This document shows, piece after piece, positions 46,101 to 63,146 of a stretch of DNA of 64,000 nt. Origin of the DNA: Tubulanus polymorphus (lineage: Eukaryota; Animalia; Nemertea); assembly GCF_964204645.1 (NCBI RefSeq), contig NC_134026.1, positions 4,549,950 through 4,613,949 of the forward strand. The letters run 5' to 3'. The notes beneath the pieces are model-generated. The model saw only the letters and a program-made list of their open reading frames with translations, made no database searches and was not told the DNA's origin. How positions within the stretch are numbered: position 1 is the first letter of the stretch; every line of letters starts with the position of its first letter. The translations under genes and the position numbers were made by a program.

Positions 46101-49100
46101 GTAGACTCAGCTCGTCTAGGATCTTGCGCGGGACCAGCTATTACAGACAAACTTACTTAAGCCATCACATAGCTTAACTTGTCACTATTTCTAAGTCCCA
46201 ATTTGTATTTCCAACTCAATTCACTAAGTGTAAGTTGTCATTTGGTAGTGTAAGTCATCAACATAATCATGATCCCAACTATGACGACTTGAAAGCAGCG
46301 AGTTTCACTGAATGTCGTTATTCAAAGTTTTTTTTAGCATTTTCAATATAGGAAATTCATACCTTCTCAGATCAACGATCTTTTCATGCGTTTTGTATAT
46401 CTTATACAGAAGTTTAGTCATCTGCGTGTAATTGTGGTAAGACATCATATTAATCTCTTTAGAAAGTCGAGTGTTGAGCTGTGTACTTTCGTCCGCTTCG
46501 ATTTCGACTTTTTTCACGAGCGGATTATAACCTATGACAAAGAAAAATTCATTAATACCGGTAGTAGAATCATTAAATCATTGAATCATTAATCCTTTCA
46601 GTGCATCTACACCGCAATGTGGTGTGTAAATCAGCGATGGACTTAGTTAGTACACCGCCTCATGGTGTATTGATGATTGATGTCATTAGTAACTAGTTAT
46701 CTCTATTCATAAATACAGTGTTTTCAAGAAATTAACAAGCCAGGTCCCTTTGAAAAACAGGAGGGTCCCCCCTATGTCACAGTCCCTGAAACAAAAGCTG
46801 GTTTGAAAAACAGGCGGGTCCTTTACCTGGGACCTGGCTCTTATTGAAAACACTGAAATAGCAGCACTTGTCAGTCAAACATAGTGAACGATACTCTACA
46901 CCGCAGTGTAGATGCATTATAGTGCACTATATGCCTGTTATTCAACACACTTTCGGGTATTAATTAGCCAGCACTGAAAGGGTCAAAATCCCAACTTTTA
47001 TGATACTCGAAAAATGAAGCGTAATCTTACCATCTGCTACGATATTTATAAGATGATCGCCTTTCGTCAAGATGCGATAGTACTCTCCAAATTTATTCAC
47101 CGTTACGTTATGTTCACGATTACCCAGTTTTAATACGGCTTTATTCAACGGGAATCCTCTCTCATCTAATATCTGTCCTTTTACCGCTGTACAGAGAGAA
47201 AATTACATTAGCATTCGATCTCATACACAATAGCTTACAAACTACAAGATATCTTTTATTTCTAGTACTATAATATTGCAAAATATCACAAAATCTGGTT
47301 TCTTATTGAAGGTTTAAGTTTGTATTGGGAATGTTTACCTTGTTGCGACTTTTTGATGATCTGTTTCAGCGACAGTAAATTCTCATTCCATATATACGGC
47401 AAGTGCGAGCCACTTGGATAGTTACAGCACGAAATATGGGCTGCTAACTGCAGAAAATAGGGTCAGATTGATAAATCCATTGACTAGTTGACTGAAAAAT
47501 TAATTAAATGTTATCAGTCTTACCATGAAACAGTCATTCTTTATGTACATGAAATCCATGACTGAATTTGAAAGCGGTTGGTGATTGGCTCCGTGGAATA
47601 TTCCTCCCTTAGCCGGTTTAACATTGCATCGACCGCCGGATTTCATGTTCGGATGTCTATCGACGTACGTCTGAGCGAGCATTTCAAAAACAGCGTCATC
47701 ATCGGTGCTTGACGTCGATTTACCGAACGAGTTTCTTTGTTTCTGATCGTAGGGAATTCTACGATATAAGTAACAAGGGAATAACATTTTAACGAAAATT
47801 CGTGTTTGATTATAATATGCATTCATTAAGTCCCGAGAATGATGGTGGTTGAATCAATCCGAGGGTACTAACCTCATTGCCAGAGCCCCGGCCTCCAGAC
47901 TAACTACCATATGCAGTGGATAGTCATTCAGGAACTTCACAAGTACATTATATTCTTTTGGAAGCGCAACCTGCAATAAATATGATACATAAGGCCTATA
48001 GTTCCGAGACTGATTAGAACATCATATTCATATCAAGGATTTTGAATGTGGTGGGAACAAAACAGAATTCTTAAAATACAATATACTGGTAGGTACCTTA
48101 GTTTGCTTGTCGAACAGATTTTTCAGTCCGTTGAATTTGTTCGAATGACTGCTACAATTACCCTGGGTCAGTTTATTCGTTATATCTGGGTTTGCCAACG
48201 GTATCAGATATAAATGAGTTTTATTCAACATGTCCAGAATTTCTTCGGAACGTTTGGAGTAACCTGAAAGAGAAACATAAAACCCCGGGATGATTTGTAG
48301 CAGTAAGGCTTCTCCCAAAGTTTCCCAACACTTTCTGTGAGGAAAAATAGCACTTTTTAGTGAATCGTGCCTTACGATAAAATAGTAACTCATCATGATT
48401 TGTCAAACCATAATTTTCTGGACAAATCACTTATGTCATGGATATCTTTATTGCTCAGAAGTGATGTATGCTTGGCCTTGTTTATGTGGTGACAAAATTT
48501 TTCAGATTACTGTAAGTAGCACTTTCCAGCACATATTGACATTTTTGTGAAAAGTAAGCACAATTCAGAGTCTTCCTAACAAATACTTGTCCAAAAAAGT
48601 AGCACTAAGAAGTAGCAAGTAGACAACCATGCCGGATAGTATCCAAAACATTGACACACTCATTACACAGAAGATCGAACACCGTAAATAAGACTTAATG
48701 TTGACATACCTGTGGCAAAATGTCGTACGAGTCTAACAATCATCTCATATCCGAAAACCTCATCGTTCAATCCACCAATAATTCCTACATGCGCACGTTC
48801 GACTTTATCCTCAACCGAATTCACATTCTCCGCTAATTCAAACAGCGAAATATCATTCGTCGACGACGAAGATTTTCCGAGTACTGAATATTTGAATATC
48901 GTCGGGTTCTGTTTGGCGAGATGATCCAATTCTACGAGCGCTGACTGATATTGCGTGTATTTGAATTGAAGATTTTCGGTGATGTTGAAATCGTGGTGTT
49001 CTGACCAGGCAATTAACGACGTATCTTTTTCTAGCGTGAAGTTCACTTGTACCGCGCCTTTGTCCGTCACATTCACTTTATGAGTGACGCTTTGATACCT

Positions 49101-52100
49101 GAAAGCCAAAATGAAAAAAATGTCATTATTGATGTATTTTCAACAGGGTCCCTACAGATCAGTCATTTCTGGATATAAGGAATTTTAAAGGAGAAAATAT
49201 CAAATTTTGAGGAAGTGTCTGCATCACTTTCATATCCCAATTACTGTAGACTCTTCCTAAATCGGTGCTGTTTATCTGCGGTGAACCATAAATTCATTGT
49301 AAAGCAAATTTTTATCCTTAAGACTACCTAAACTCGTTTCTAATTTGGTAACCGCTTTAATGGTGTGAAAACATATCCCAACTGCACCAATTTAGGCGTA
49401 TTAGGAGTTTAGGGCATTTCACTTAAATCTAAGGAGTTTCAAGCACCTTTAAAACAATTTTCCGTTAAGAAGGAATTTTCAAGGAATGAAGGAGTTGTAG
49501 GGAGCCCGTTTCATGAATCAAACAGTAACTTAAACTAAGCAAATTAAATTAACATACCCAAGTGCAGAGGCAGTGATTTCATAAATACCAGGAGCTAATA
49601 ACCTCCAATAATCCCCATCTTTTGCCGAGCTGATTACATGATTAATTCCTTTAACCCGTACTTCGGCTTCCGGTATTCCCTTGCCAGTGGTCAGCGACAT
49701 CACGAACCCTTTCACTCCTTTATGAATCTGACCCATGAATACGAGCAACGAGTACTTATTCGCGTTCCAGTATTTCTGCATATCTTTCGCGAGTGGGTAT
49801 TTGACGCAGCCGAGTTCAAGAGTCACCTCGAAGCAATTTGTATGCAGATAATTCCAGTCCTGCATACTGCCTGGTAATGAGAATTAACACAACGAATATT
49901 GTCGATTCATAGGAGGTTTAATGCAGGAAATTAACAACAAAAATACGAACCATGTATGCTGTACCACTTAGCTCCGTTAGTAATGCCGTCAGTGAAGTAT
50001 TCATTTGGAAAAAGGTTCGGACAGGGTTTACCACCATGCATTTTGGAATGAGCCTGAAAAGCCAAGAAAAATTTACTCAATCTTAACATGTCTGTTCACA
50101 GGGTGGCCACGTATATTTGTAGTCTAGTAACAAGTACTATTTTGCATGATTCAGATCTATAGCAATCGTGGAGCCAGTCACTCAAAAGTTGGTTCGACTT
50201 AACCAGCGAATAGTTGACATAGTGTCATTAAAAGTTCATTGTCACTATGGTTTTTAAGGTGACATAGTGTCATTTCATTGTCACTATGGTTTTTATCAAC
50301 TGGTTATCTTTAACCAATCTTTGAGCAACTGACCCCTGAATTTTATGATTAAGTATTTTAGAGCCTTACCAGTGAATAAGATTCAGCTAAAATTTGAAAG
50401 GTTTTATCGTCGGGACATTTAGCGTACACGCTGGTTCCCGATTCGGTATCGTCGTACGGATAATTGGCGACGAGCGATCCGCCGTGGAGATTCGCTGATA
50501 AAACAAACGGAATCGATTTCATCCAGTTCATGACGGCCTTAGTTTCGGGTTCGAGGGCGTGTCGAGCGACCGCCGGAAACCGGTCGGGAAAATTACGATT
50601 CAAATCGACGCCGTTCTGATTCGCGCGGCCGTATTCGCCTTGAACGTCGCCGACCTGCGCGATCTCGTGCCCGTCCGGGTTCATGCTCGGCATTATATGA
50701 ATGCGCGTGTGGTCGATTAAATACGTAATGAAATCATTTTTTCCGTAATTCTCACACAAAGTTTGGATCAGTAAGAGTAAGACTTCGCGACCGACCACTT
50801 CGTTGCCGTGCATATTTCCGACGTATTTAAACTCTGGTTCACCTGCAATTTATCATAATTAAAAACTAGTCAGTAACGTGTCTGTGGTTTAGTTTCACGA
50901 TTAGATATTTTCGGTTGGTTTAAGGCCATAAAAGCATAAGCTTATAAAAGCATCAACGACCAGATTACTAACTAAATACAATTTTTGCAAACATTTGTTT
51001 AGACCTATATGGTACGCTTTAAATTTGGAAGCCGAAATGCGAGCTATCCTGCTACATCGTGTGATGAGCACTCAGTCGTTGTCAAAATTAGTTCATTTTC
51101 AATCAACTATGCACTGGATTTTTGGGCGCCCGAATCCATACATCTCACAGGACCCACCAAATATGCTATTACTATAAATTACTTCTTTTTTACTCACTGA
51201 TTATCAAAGTTTTCATCGATTCATTCAAGGGAAAAATTCATTGATTAAAATGTAGAAGAAATTGAACACTGAAGACTGAGTTACTACTAGTGAACCTGGC
51301 GAATTTCACCTTGCCGTGAGTGGAATCCTGAATTGCTGCTGCAGTAGCGTTGGAAGTTCCCCAATGATCTACACCAATAACGATCAATTCTTTACCTGGT
51401 TCATGTTTGCCGGGATGGCTGGATATTTCGAACACTTCTAAATTGCGTCCAACGACTGACTTTCCGACCGAATAAAGTCGCGATATTGTCGGACATTTTT
51501 CGTGGTATTTTTTCATGAACGCCATCATTTCTGCGTGGTTATGGTGTTTGAATACGGTAGGCTCGATCAACTTGAGTCTTTCGTGGTGCGAATAATCGGA
51601 AACATTTTTCAGAGAAGCAATGAATTTCTTAGTAGCCGCATCAGCAACTTGTTCTCTGTAAATCCAATGACAATAGTTTTTAGGTAGGGCCTAACAGGAT
51701 AAGTAGGGAGGAACAATCTACGCTCAAATTCATGGATGGATTTTAGAAATTTAAGTTTGTGAAACATGAAATTTTTACAACTTTTTTTCAAACATAGACT
51801 CGCAATAATTAGCAGGTTCACATTTCATTTTTGATGGGAAAGAGACCAGAAAAGAACAATTGACCAAGAAACTATGAATCGCTGAGATTTTTGTCCGCAT
51901 TCCAGCTGTCGTCGTCATCCAGCAGATGGCCACTAGCAGGCATTTGAAATATGATCAACAACTAGCAGATGAATATCCCTCTTAGGACAACGTTTTATAT
52001 ACCAGTGAAACACATGGAAAAATCAATATTAATGAGTCCAATTCTTGTGTTGATTCATTGCAATGAAAATTCACTCAGTGATTCTCCAAGCTGTTACATT

Positions 52101-54365
52101 TATATATAACACGATTAAGATTTAATCATAAATCCTCCATTGCGAATGAAAAATGCGATACATATACAAAAGGACAAATATATTTTTAAGGGGATTGAAA
52201 TAGAACTGATAACTGCAATATCCTACCCCACGTTGACTGCTGATGATCCTCGTACATTAGAATTATTCAGTTTCGAATTCAGTTTGAAATTTATTTCAAC
52301 CGCTTTTCCTGATTTAACTTCAACATTCTTCGTCACGCTGTCATACCTGAAAAATTCAAAATCGTGATAATTGTCAGTCAATTGTTACAAATATTTTCTG
52401 TTTTAAGTTTCATCAATTCCAAGACATGAACTTACCCATTTTTAGAGGCGGTTATTTCGTAAGTACCAGGAACTAAAATACGCCAGTAATCCCCGTGCGA
52501 GGCCGTCAAAAGTTTGTGATTGATTCCTTTCACCGAGATCGTGGCATTTTCTATAGGATTCTGATTTGTTGAATCAACTACATAACCTTTAACACCTTTG
52601 TGAACCTAAACACGAAAAAGCTTACTTAGAAAAGCTATGCAATCCTTGAAATACAACTAACAGCATGCGCTGTAGATTTTTCGAATACTTACTTCGTGCA
52701 TGTAGGCCAGGAGCGCAGGTTTGTTGTTACGCCATTCGGTAGTAAGATTACCGGGCAAAGGATATTTACAACACGATAACTCGATAGTAATCTCCATACA
52801 GTTACTGTGCAGATAATTGAAGTCTTGCATACCACCTTGATTTAGATATGAAATGAATACAAATCGTTAATCCCTATCAGAAAGAGGCTTAGCTAAACCA
52901 TTTACTACCTCCCAGATGTAACAAACAGAAGAAATTACTCCGAAGAAATATTTGGAAAAGCTTTAGGGGCCATTCATAGAGTTTTAAAAAATTGGCCAAT
53001 TTCCCATGTAGGCCTACATAATGCTTAACTAATAAACATCCGTACTCAATAGCTAATAAATTATCATCATTATTGGTGCGTATTTGTGATATGCTGGGCG
53101 GTTCTGAAGTTCAAGTATGATGAAACTGAGTCACAATCCTTTTCTAGATTTGAAAAGAATCTTGACTTATTGATTAGTTATTGTATTTACAAAACTTTCT
53201 TTAGTTTTTGTAAACAAAATAAAAGTTTCTTTAGTTTTCGTAACAAAATAACTAATCAATCACAAACAATGGTTTCCAGACCATACACAAACCAAAAATC
53301 ATTAGATCCTAAGGAATATTAAGGGCTGTAGGAACCATTTAGAAAAATTCAAAGCCTTTAGAATCAAATATCATGACTGAAAATGGCTTAAATCAATGTT
53401 AAGATACTTTTATAGAAAGTATACTAAGAAATTTTGTACTTTTAATTGTGGGCTCTTTTTCAACGCCGGTATCACATACCTGGTACATCATACCAATGCG
53501 CGCCATTCGTAATTCCACCTTTAAACTTTTCTCCTCTAAAACATTCCACCTCGGTGTGCATCGTCCGGTGATTCTGCGAATAAACCGTCGCCAGATGCTT
53601 AAAAACGGCGTCGTCAGGAGCGGGGCTGTAATAACCGGATTCCTCGTGCGATTTCGAATCGTCGTACGGATAACTAGCGACTACGCTACCTCCGTGAAGA
53701 TTCGCCGATAACACAAACTTATTACGCGTAATCCAATTCATCATGGCTACCGTTTCGGGCGCGTAAACTTTTCGCGAATTATTCTCGTACTGATCGGGGA
53801 AATTACGGTTCAAATCGACGTTTTGTCCGTTGCGCCGGCCGCGAACGCCGGTGCAATCTCCGACGGTGGCCGTTTCGAAACCGTCCGGATTCATCGACGG
53901 CATTATATAAATATTCGTCGAATCGACTAAATCTTTCACGGCCGGATCGTGTTCGTAGTTATCCAATAAATGCTGGATGAGATAAATCAGAATCTGCCGA
54001 GAGATCACCTCGTTTCCGTGCATATTTCCGACGTATTTAAACATCGGTTCACCGGCTTCCACCGTATTTATATTGTCCGTTATTTGAATCGCCCATAATT
54101 CGCGACCTCGGCTGCTTTTACCGATCGTGTGTAGCTTGGCGATCGTCGCGTGTTTCACGGCGTACGATTTTAAAAGTCGCGTTAACTCGTCGTAATGATG
54201 GTAGTGCGAAGTGTCGATAGCTGTATCTGCGATATTCTTACTGTTCGTAGTTTGACTGGAAATCAGCCACAAAGTTACAAATATATACACAAGAGGCCGA
54301 ACACTGCAACTACAACTGTACACTCTGGATGCTGAGATCACTGTCTGCATTTTTTTTGGCAGCAT
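43172..54365 (-). CDS. CPD: Carboxypeptidase D (M14B): four carboxypeptidase repeats, TM segment and acidic cytosolic tail
   Basis: Domain 1 starts in exon 53480-54365 (GNMHGNE, NRNF, NLHGG; ITIELSC in the next exon). Domain 2 spans 51396-49557 (GNMHGNE, NLHGG, VTLELGC). Domain 3 spans ~48960-46500 (GGLNDE, degenerate). Domain 4 spans ~46450-44100 (GNVRGDE, degenerate). Each is followed by a transthyretin-like G(D/E)Y(W/Y)-type repeat. Last exon 43172-43386 encodes the TM end, YKQL, SLL and DDSSSEDD sorting motifs. Start is ATG 54365 or 54350. Confidence 0.95.
46593..46982. mobile_element. piggyBac-like MITE containing a nested element
   Basis: TTAA-TCCTTTCAGTGC ... GCACTGAAAGGG-TCAA. Confidence 0.75.
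46716..46855. mobile_element. Nested MITE with CAGTG TIRs and a 5-bp TSD
   Basis: TIRs CAGTGTTTTCAA / TTGAAAACACTG. AAATA is duplicated at 46711-46715 and 46856-46860. Internal TTTGAAAAACAGG direct repeats. Confidence 0.8.
49144..49508. mobile_element. hAT-like MITE (CAGGGTCCCTAC family)
   Basis: CAGGGTCCCTAC ... GTAGGGAGCCCG with flanks TTTCAA/TTTCAT. The same 12-mer starts another copy at 57359. Confidence 0.55.
50171..50335. mobile_element. PIF/Harbinger-like MITE
   Basis: GAGCCAGTCACTCAAAAGTTGG ... CCAATCTTTGAGCAACTGACCC followed by CTG. Reverse-oriented relative of 21767, with an internal tandem duplication. Confidence 0.7.
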
Positions 54366-55329
54366 CGTTAAACTTTTCAACTTTTCTCTCCTGATGAGGC
54401 TGAACAACCGAAAAAAACAAGGGAAAAGCCAAAAAGCGTAATTTTGATGATTCAATTTCACTTTCTCACCTCATAAGGGTTTAAACGCACACGCCAGTTG
54501 CCCGAGAAGAATCATCACTATACTGCCTATAGTTGGGGCCTTAGATCAAAGAACATGATTATAAGACGCACACAGAACATACGTTTTAGTGCAGTGAAAA
54601 TATATTCGTGTGATTATTGTGGTTTTCCGGGTTGGTGGAATTGGTGGCCGTCAAGTGCCGCCACCTATGCTATTGTTCGCATGCCACAGTAGGAATACTC
54701 CGTTAGCGGGCTAGTTCACATATTCGCCGTCAATGTAATATCTTGGGTTAGCACTTGACGGTCAAGAACTGACAAGAACTACTTTTGGTTTTTTAATCCA
54801 TTCTAGCCGATTATCTAATTCGCCCTGAGAGGCAAAAGCTTCGCAGATATAAAAGCGACAAAGATTTAATAGATCCTCGAAAAGTGGATGTATTAGCTTG
54901 GAGTAATTATCATTTGAAAATAATTACGCTCCATAGGATCGTAGTAGCTATACCGGGCATGGGCACTCGCGCCGCCTCAGTCTAGTCCCGAGTCATAGTA
55001 TGCAGTACCGGTACCGTCCTGTATTGAGTAGGCCTATTGGTGTTCATATTTTATTGCATGTATCTCCTATATATGATTTGTAATTATTCAGAGCAATAAC
55101 ATTAAGTTTAAGTTGTGCCCGGGACTCTTCTCGACTGTGAATAAAAAAATGACAAGTCCGGGAGTGAATCCGATCCCATATCCGCGCAGTACCAATTCTT
55201 TATTCTGCCATCAGGTGGCGAGCTGGTCAATTACAAATCGGCGTGTTGGTTGCATAAGAAACGTCAAGATATATCATCCTCGACACTTCGGTTGAGTATA
55301 TTTCACTATTGGTAATCGAAAAAACAATA

Positions 55330-56201
55330 ATGCCGCGAAGAAGATCATCTCCAATGGGTGGAATGAGAGGAGCCCCGAGGTATGTAGAAACTATTATAAG
55401 TGTCGAATGTGAAGTGAAATCGTTGAGGGGTCAGAGAGGACAATTCAATTCAATATTCATCAATTTAATGAAATAACATTTACTTGAGGCTAATGTCACG
55501 ATTTTTGAATAAGAGATTAAGACATTGATTTCTTTTTTCAGCCGTGCTCCACCAAAGATGCAGTACCGTCAACCACCTGCGCCTGCTCAGAGGTTGCCTG
55601 CAAGGGCCCCTGCGGCTTCCCCTACCCCGGCAGCCCCGACGCAATCGGCCGGTCCTGGATTATTTGGACAGATGGCGGCGACTGCTGGTGGAGTGGCCAT
55701 TGGTTCAGCTGTGGTATGTAGATAACGATCTTAATCAATAACAATTCGTTCCAGATAATTATTTAAAAGTCTTCTTGATTTTCTTGTCGTTTTCTATTTA
55801 GGGACATATGATAGGTAATTCACTCAGTGGTGGAAGGCAAGAAGTCGAAGCTGCTCCTCCTCAGCAGATTCAGCAATATCAAGATGTACCTCAGCAACAG
55901 CAATATCAGGGAAGAGTTTGCGAATTCGAGATGAAACAATTCATGGACTGCGCCCAAAATCAACACGATTTATCATTGTGTCAAGCTTTTAACGAATCTT
56001 TGCGACAATGTAAATTAGCTAATGGTAAGTTAGCCTTTATAGCAGCCTGTATTCCACACATACATTTTGTTTGTTTATATTGTAGTTTTGGGATAAGGCA
56101 ATGTTCATGTTAAGTTTAGCTCAAACCTCTCTCCATGTCATCACCCTTCGGCAATTGATATTGTTCTTTACTGATTCAATCTTTTTGCAGGTCTTCAGTA
56201 A
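55330..56201 (+). CDS. CHCHD2: Coiled-coil-helix-coiled-coil-helix domain protein CHCHD2/CHCHD10 (Mix17-like)
   Basis: Exons 55330-55379, 55542-55713, 55802-56024, 56191-56201. MPRRRSS N-terminus, GPGLFGQMAATAGGVAIGSAVGH helix, twin CX9C (CEFEMKQFMDC, CQAFNESLRQC). Confidence 0.95.
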
Positions 56202-57128
56202 CATGGCTCAGATGATTCACAAACTTTTATGAAATGTAGAAAATGTGCTGATGTACGATATAACTTAGTCTATCGCTCAGGAGTGAAATAGAAGTAGTTT
56301 TTCTAGTTCTTGCTTTGAACAAAAATAGATTTATTCACGTATTATTTTAACATCCAGTGTGTTCTTAAATTTGATCTCTGTTTACGGTTGTAGAATAATC
56401 CCATGATTTACTGACTAATTTGAATGGTGAACTGTCAAATAAATTATTGATTGTTGGAACAAAGTTGTATGATTTCAGTTGGAGTGCTGTAGATTTTCAT
56501 GTAAGAGGAACTTTTCGTATTGTGCTCATATGCAAATGTTGGGTACCGAGAAGCAATTTCAGAACTTGCAGCATATTTGGGGTGAAAATTTTGAAAGCAT
56601 GTGCACATTTTACATAAGGAAATGCATGAAAAAGTGTCACCAACGAGTGGATCTTTTGAAATTGATGATCAAATTTTCTAAAGGCTGGTATGGGGCACTT
56701 TACTCAATGAACAGTTGGAAAACCCCCAAATACGGTCCGAGTTTTCAAGTTAGCATACATCAAGTGTAAAGGCAGCGTACATTGCCAATGACAGTTCTAC
56801 GGTATCAATTGCACTAAGAGTGGGTTAATGATACCAGGAAAACCGGATGCATTGTCGACTAAAGCACTAATTAATAAAAGATCCAAAATTAGCTATGTGC
56901 TGCTAACTCAGTAAACTAGTGGAGAAAACCAGTCGTCGGGAATGTTGTTGTCTGTGAGGAAACAATTACGGCAGAAGAACAAGAATAATATATCAAAAAG
57001 TTTATTAAATTTTCATCCATTATAAACATGTAAACTTCATTCAGATGAACAAGTTGTTCGTTATACATAATCACAATCAAAATATTTTATTTACAATACA
57101 AAATCTCAGTTATCCATATTTTCGTGTC

Positions 57129-61556
<4,428 letters not shown>

Positions 61557-61980
61557 TCTGGTCTTTGTCAGCTCTTTCTCAGCTTAGCAAACTCTGCAAT
61601 TATCAAAATCAGGGTAGCCTACCTATTACAGGTCAGTCATTTCAGAATTCAAGGACTAAGAAGAATTTGAAGAACATGATGATACCTGTACATGTCTACT
61701 GAATAAAGTCCTTTCTAGTGATACTAGCATACAAGCATAATAGCATAATAACCCTAATTCAAATGACAAATACAGCTGCACTAACAGGAGTCATGATCAA
61801 TCGCACAAATCAATCGACTTCAAAAATACGTGTTCTGATAAACGGCAGTGCCTAAACACAGTCCTACAACTGTGGCTAACTTTACTACATATTTTAAATG
61901 GTCATATTTCTGTCATTTATTAGATGTTAGTATCATTATAGTATGTGTATAGTGTGTATAGTCTTAAGATTTGGGACACA

Positions 61981-62121
61981 CACAGGGGCTCGTATCATAA
62001 GTTTGGGGGGTGAACTGTAGCTTAGATCATCCAGTATCCCTGGTCCTATATATATAAGGACCAGGGATACTGGATGATCTAAGCTACAGTTCACCCCCAA
62101 ACTTATGATACGAGCCCTGTG
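61981..62121. mobile_element. Fully palindromic (foldback) MITE upstream of the KIF22 CDS
   Basis: Arms of ~65 bp are complementary except for single-base differences in G/C runs, centred on (TA)n. Confidence 0.8.
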
Positions 62122-62889
62122 AATGTGATTTGGGATCCGATTTAGAGAACGTCGACCAACAATAACATCACGAAACGTCTTAAATTTTAACCAATTAAAT
62201 GCTCATGATACAATAACGTGTGAATGAACTACCTAAATAATCAATATTGCAGAGATCATTGAGTCAAATCGGTTGTTTTTGGCAAGAATATCGTTCGGTA
62301 TCATTATTTTTCGGCTAGAGAAGATTTCATACATTTAAAATAGCCCCCTCTCATCCCAAGGTCGTCGAGTCTCTAGCGTAACGCATTCCGCATTCCAGTT
62401 CCGTGTTTTACCGTTTACTCAACCACTGACAACTGTCAGTCAGCACTTAACAGTGCAGTGGACGCGGTTGGTTGGCTAACGTGTTGCTGGATGAGCTTGT
62501 AATTGATCTGGCCGTGTTTTGACTAAGTGAGTGGTTTGTTTGAAATAGCTGAGAGCGGGTAATGCTGCTGGCATCGATATCCTGAACCGGTTGTGTGGAT
62601 TTAAAGGTGTTGTTTTAAATTATATGTTGATGATTGTTGGATGCTGTGCCTGTTGTGCATACGAGTTTACGGATACAATCATCATGACATTCATGTGGTG
62701 TAGGTAGGTAAACTTTCAAAACACAATTAACTTGAAAAGTTGACTTTCAATTTTTGACCCAATGTAGGTGAGTAGGTGATAAGAAGATTTCATTTGCATT
62801 GCAATATTACCATGATTACGAATAGGCAGGCATAGGCATAGACCTACTATGACTATGAGCTTTCGCTACATACACAGCTATGTACTACA

Positions 62890-62940
62890 TCTCTAGGCAG
62901 GGATTTGAACCTGATGGCATCACTAACCTCGGCCATGACA
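62890..62940 (-). mobile_element. tRNA-derived SINE-like head fragment
   Basis: A-box-like TGGCCGAGGTTAG (62935-62923) and B-box GGTTCAAATCC (62911-62901). The spacing is too short for a tRNA. Confidence 0.4.
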
Positions 62941-63146
62941 TGAAACCCTGCCACACTAGATGGGGTGCGCAGGTTCGCCGCACAAAAACTTAAGGCGCAA
63001 ATCAGATTGCCATAATCGCTGAGCAAATTTCACGGATAAAGTATAAATTAAAAAATCCAGGCTAAGATGAAACCAAATTTCTGATTTGCTTATAATGACA
63101 CCATAATCTAAACTGTGCATGTACCTGGGCATGTACCTTTTTTAGC

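Noticed and set aside
54380-54428. CTGATGAG...CCGAAA hammerhead-like core antisense to the CPD leader
   Set aside because: Stem II is weak and there is no stem III or NUH cleavage triplet.
62890-62940. tRNA gene
   Set aside because: The A and B boxes are only 11 nt apart and no cloverleaf forms, so it is kept only as a SINE-like fragment.
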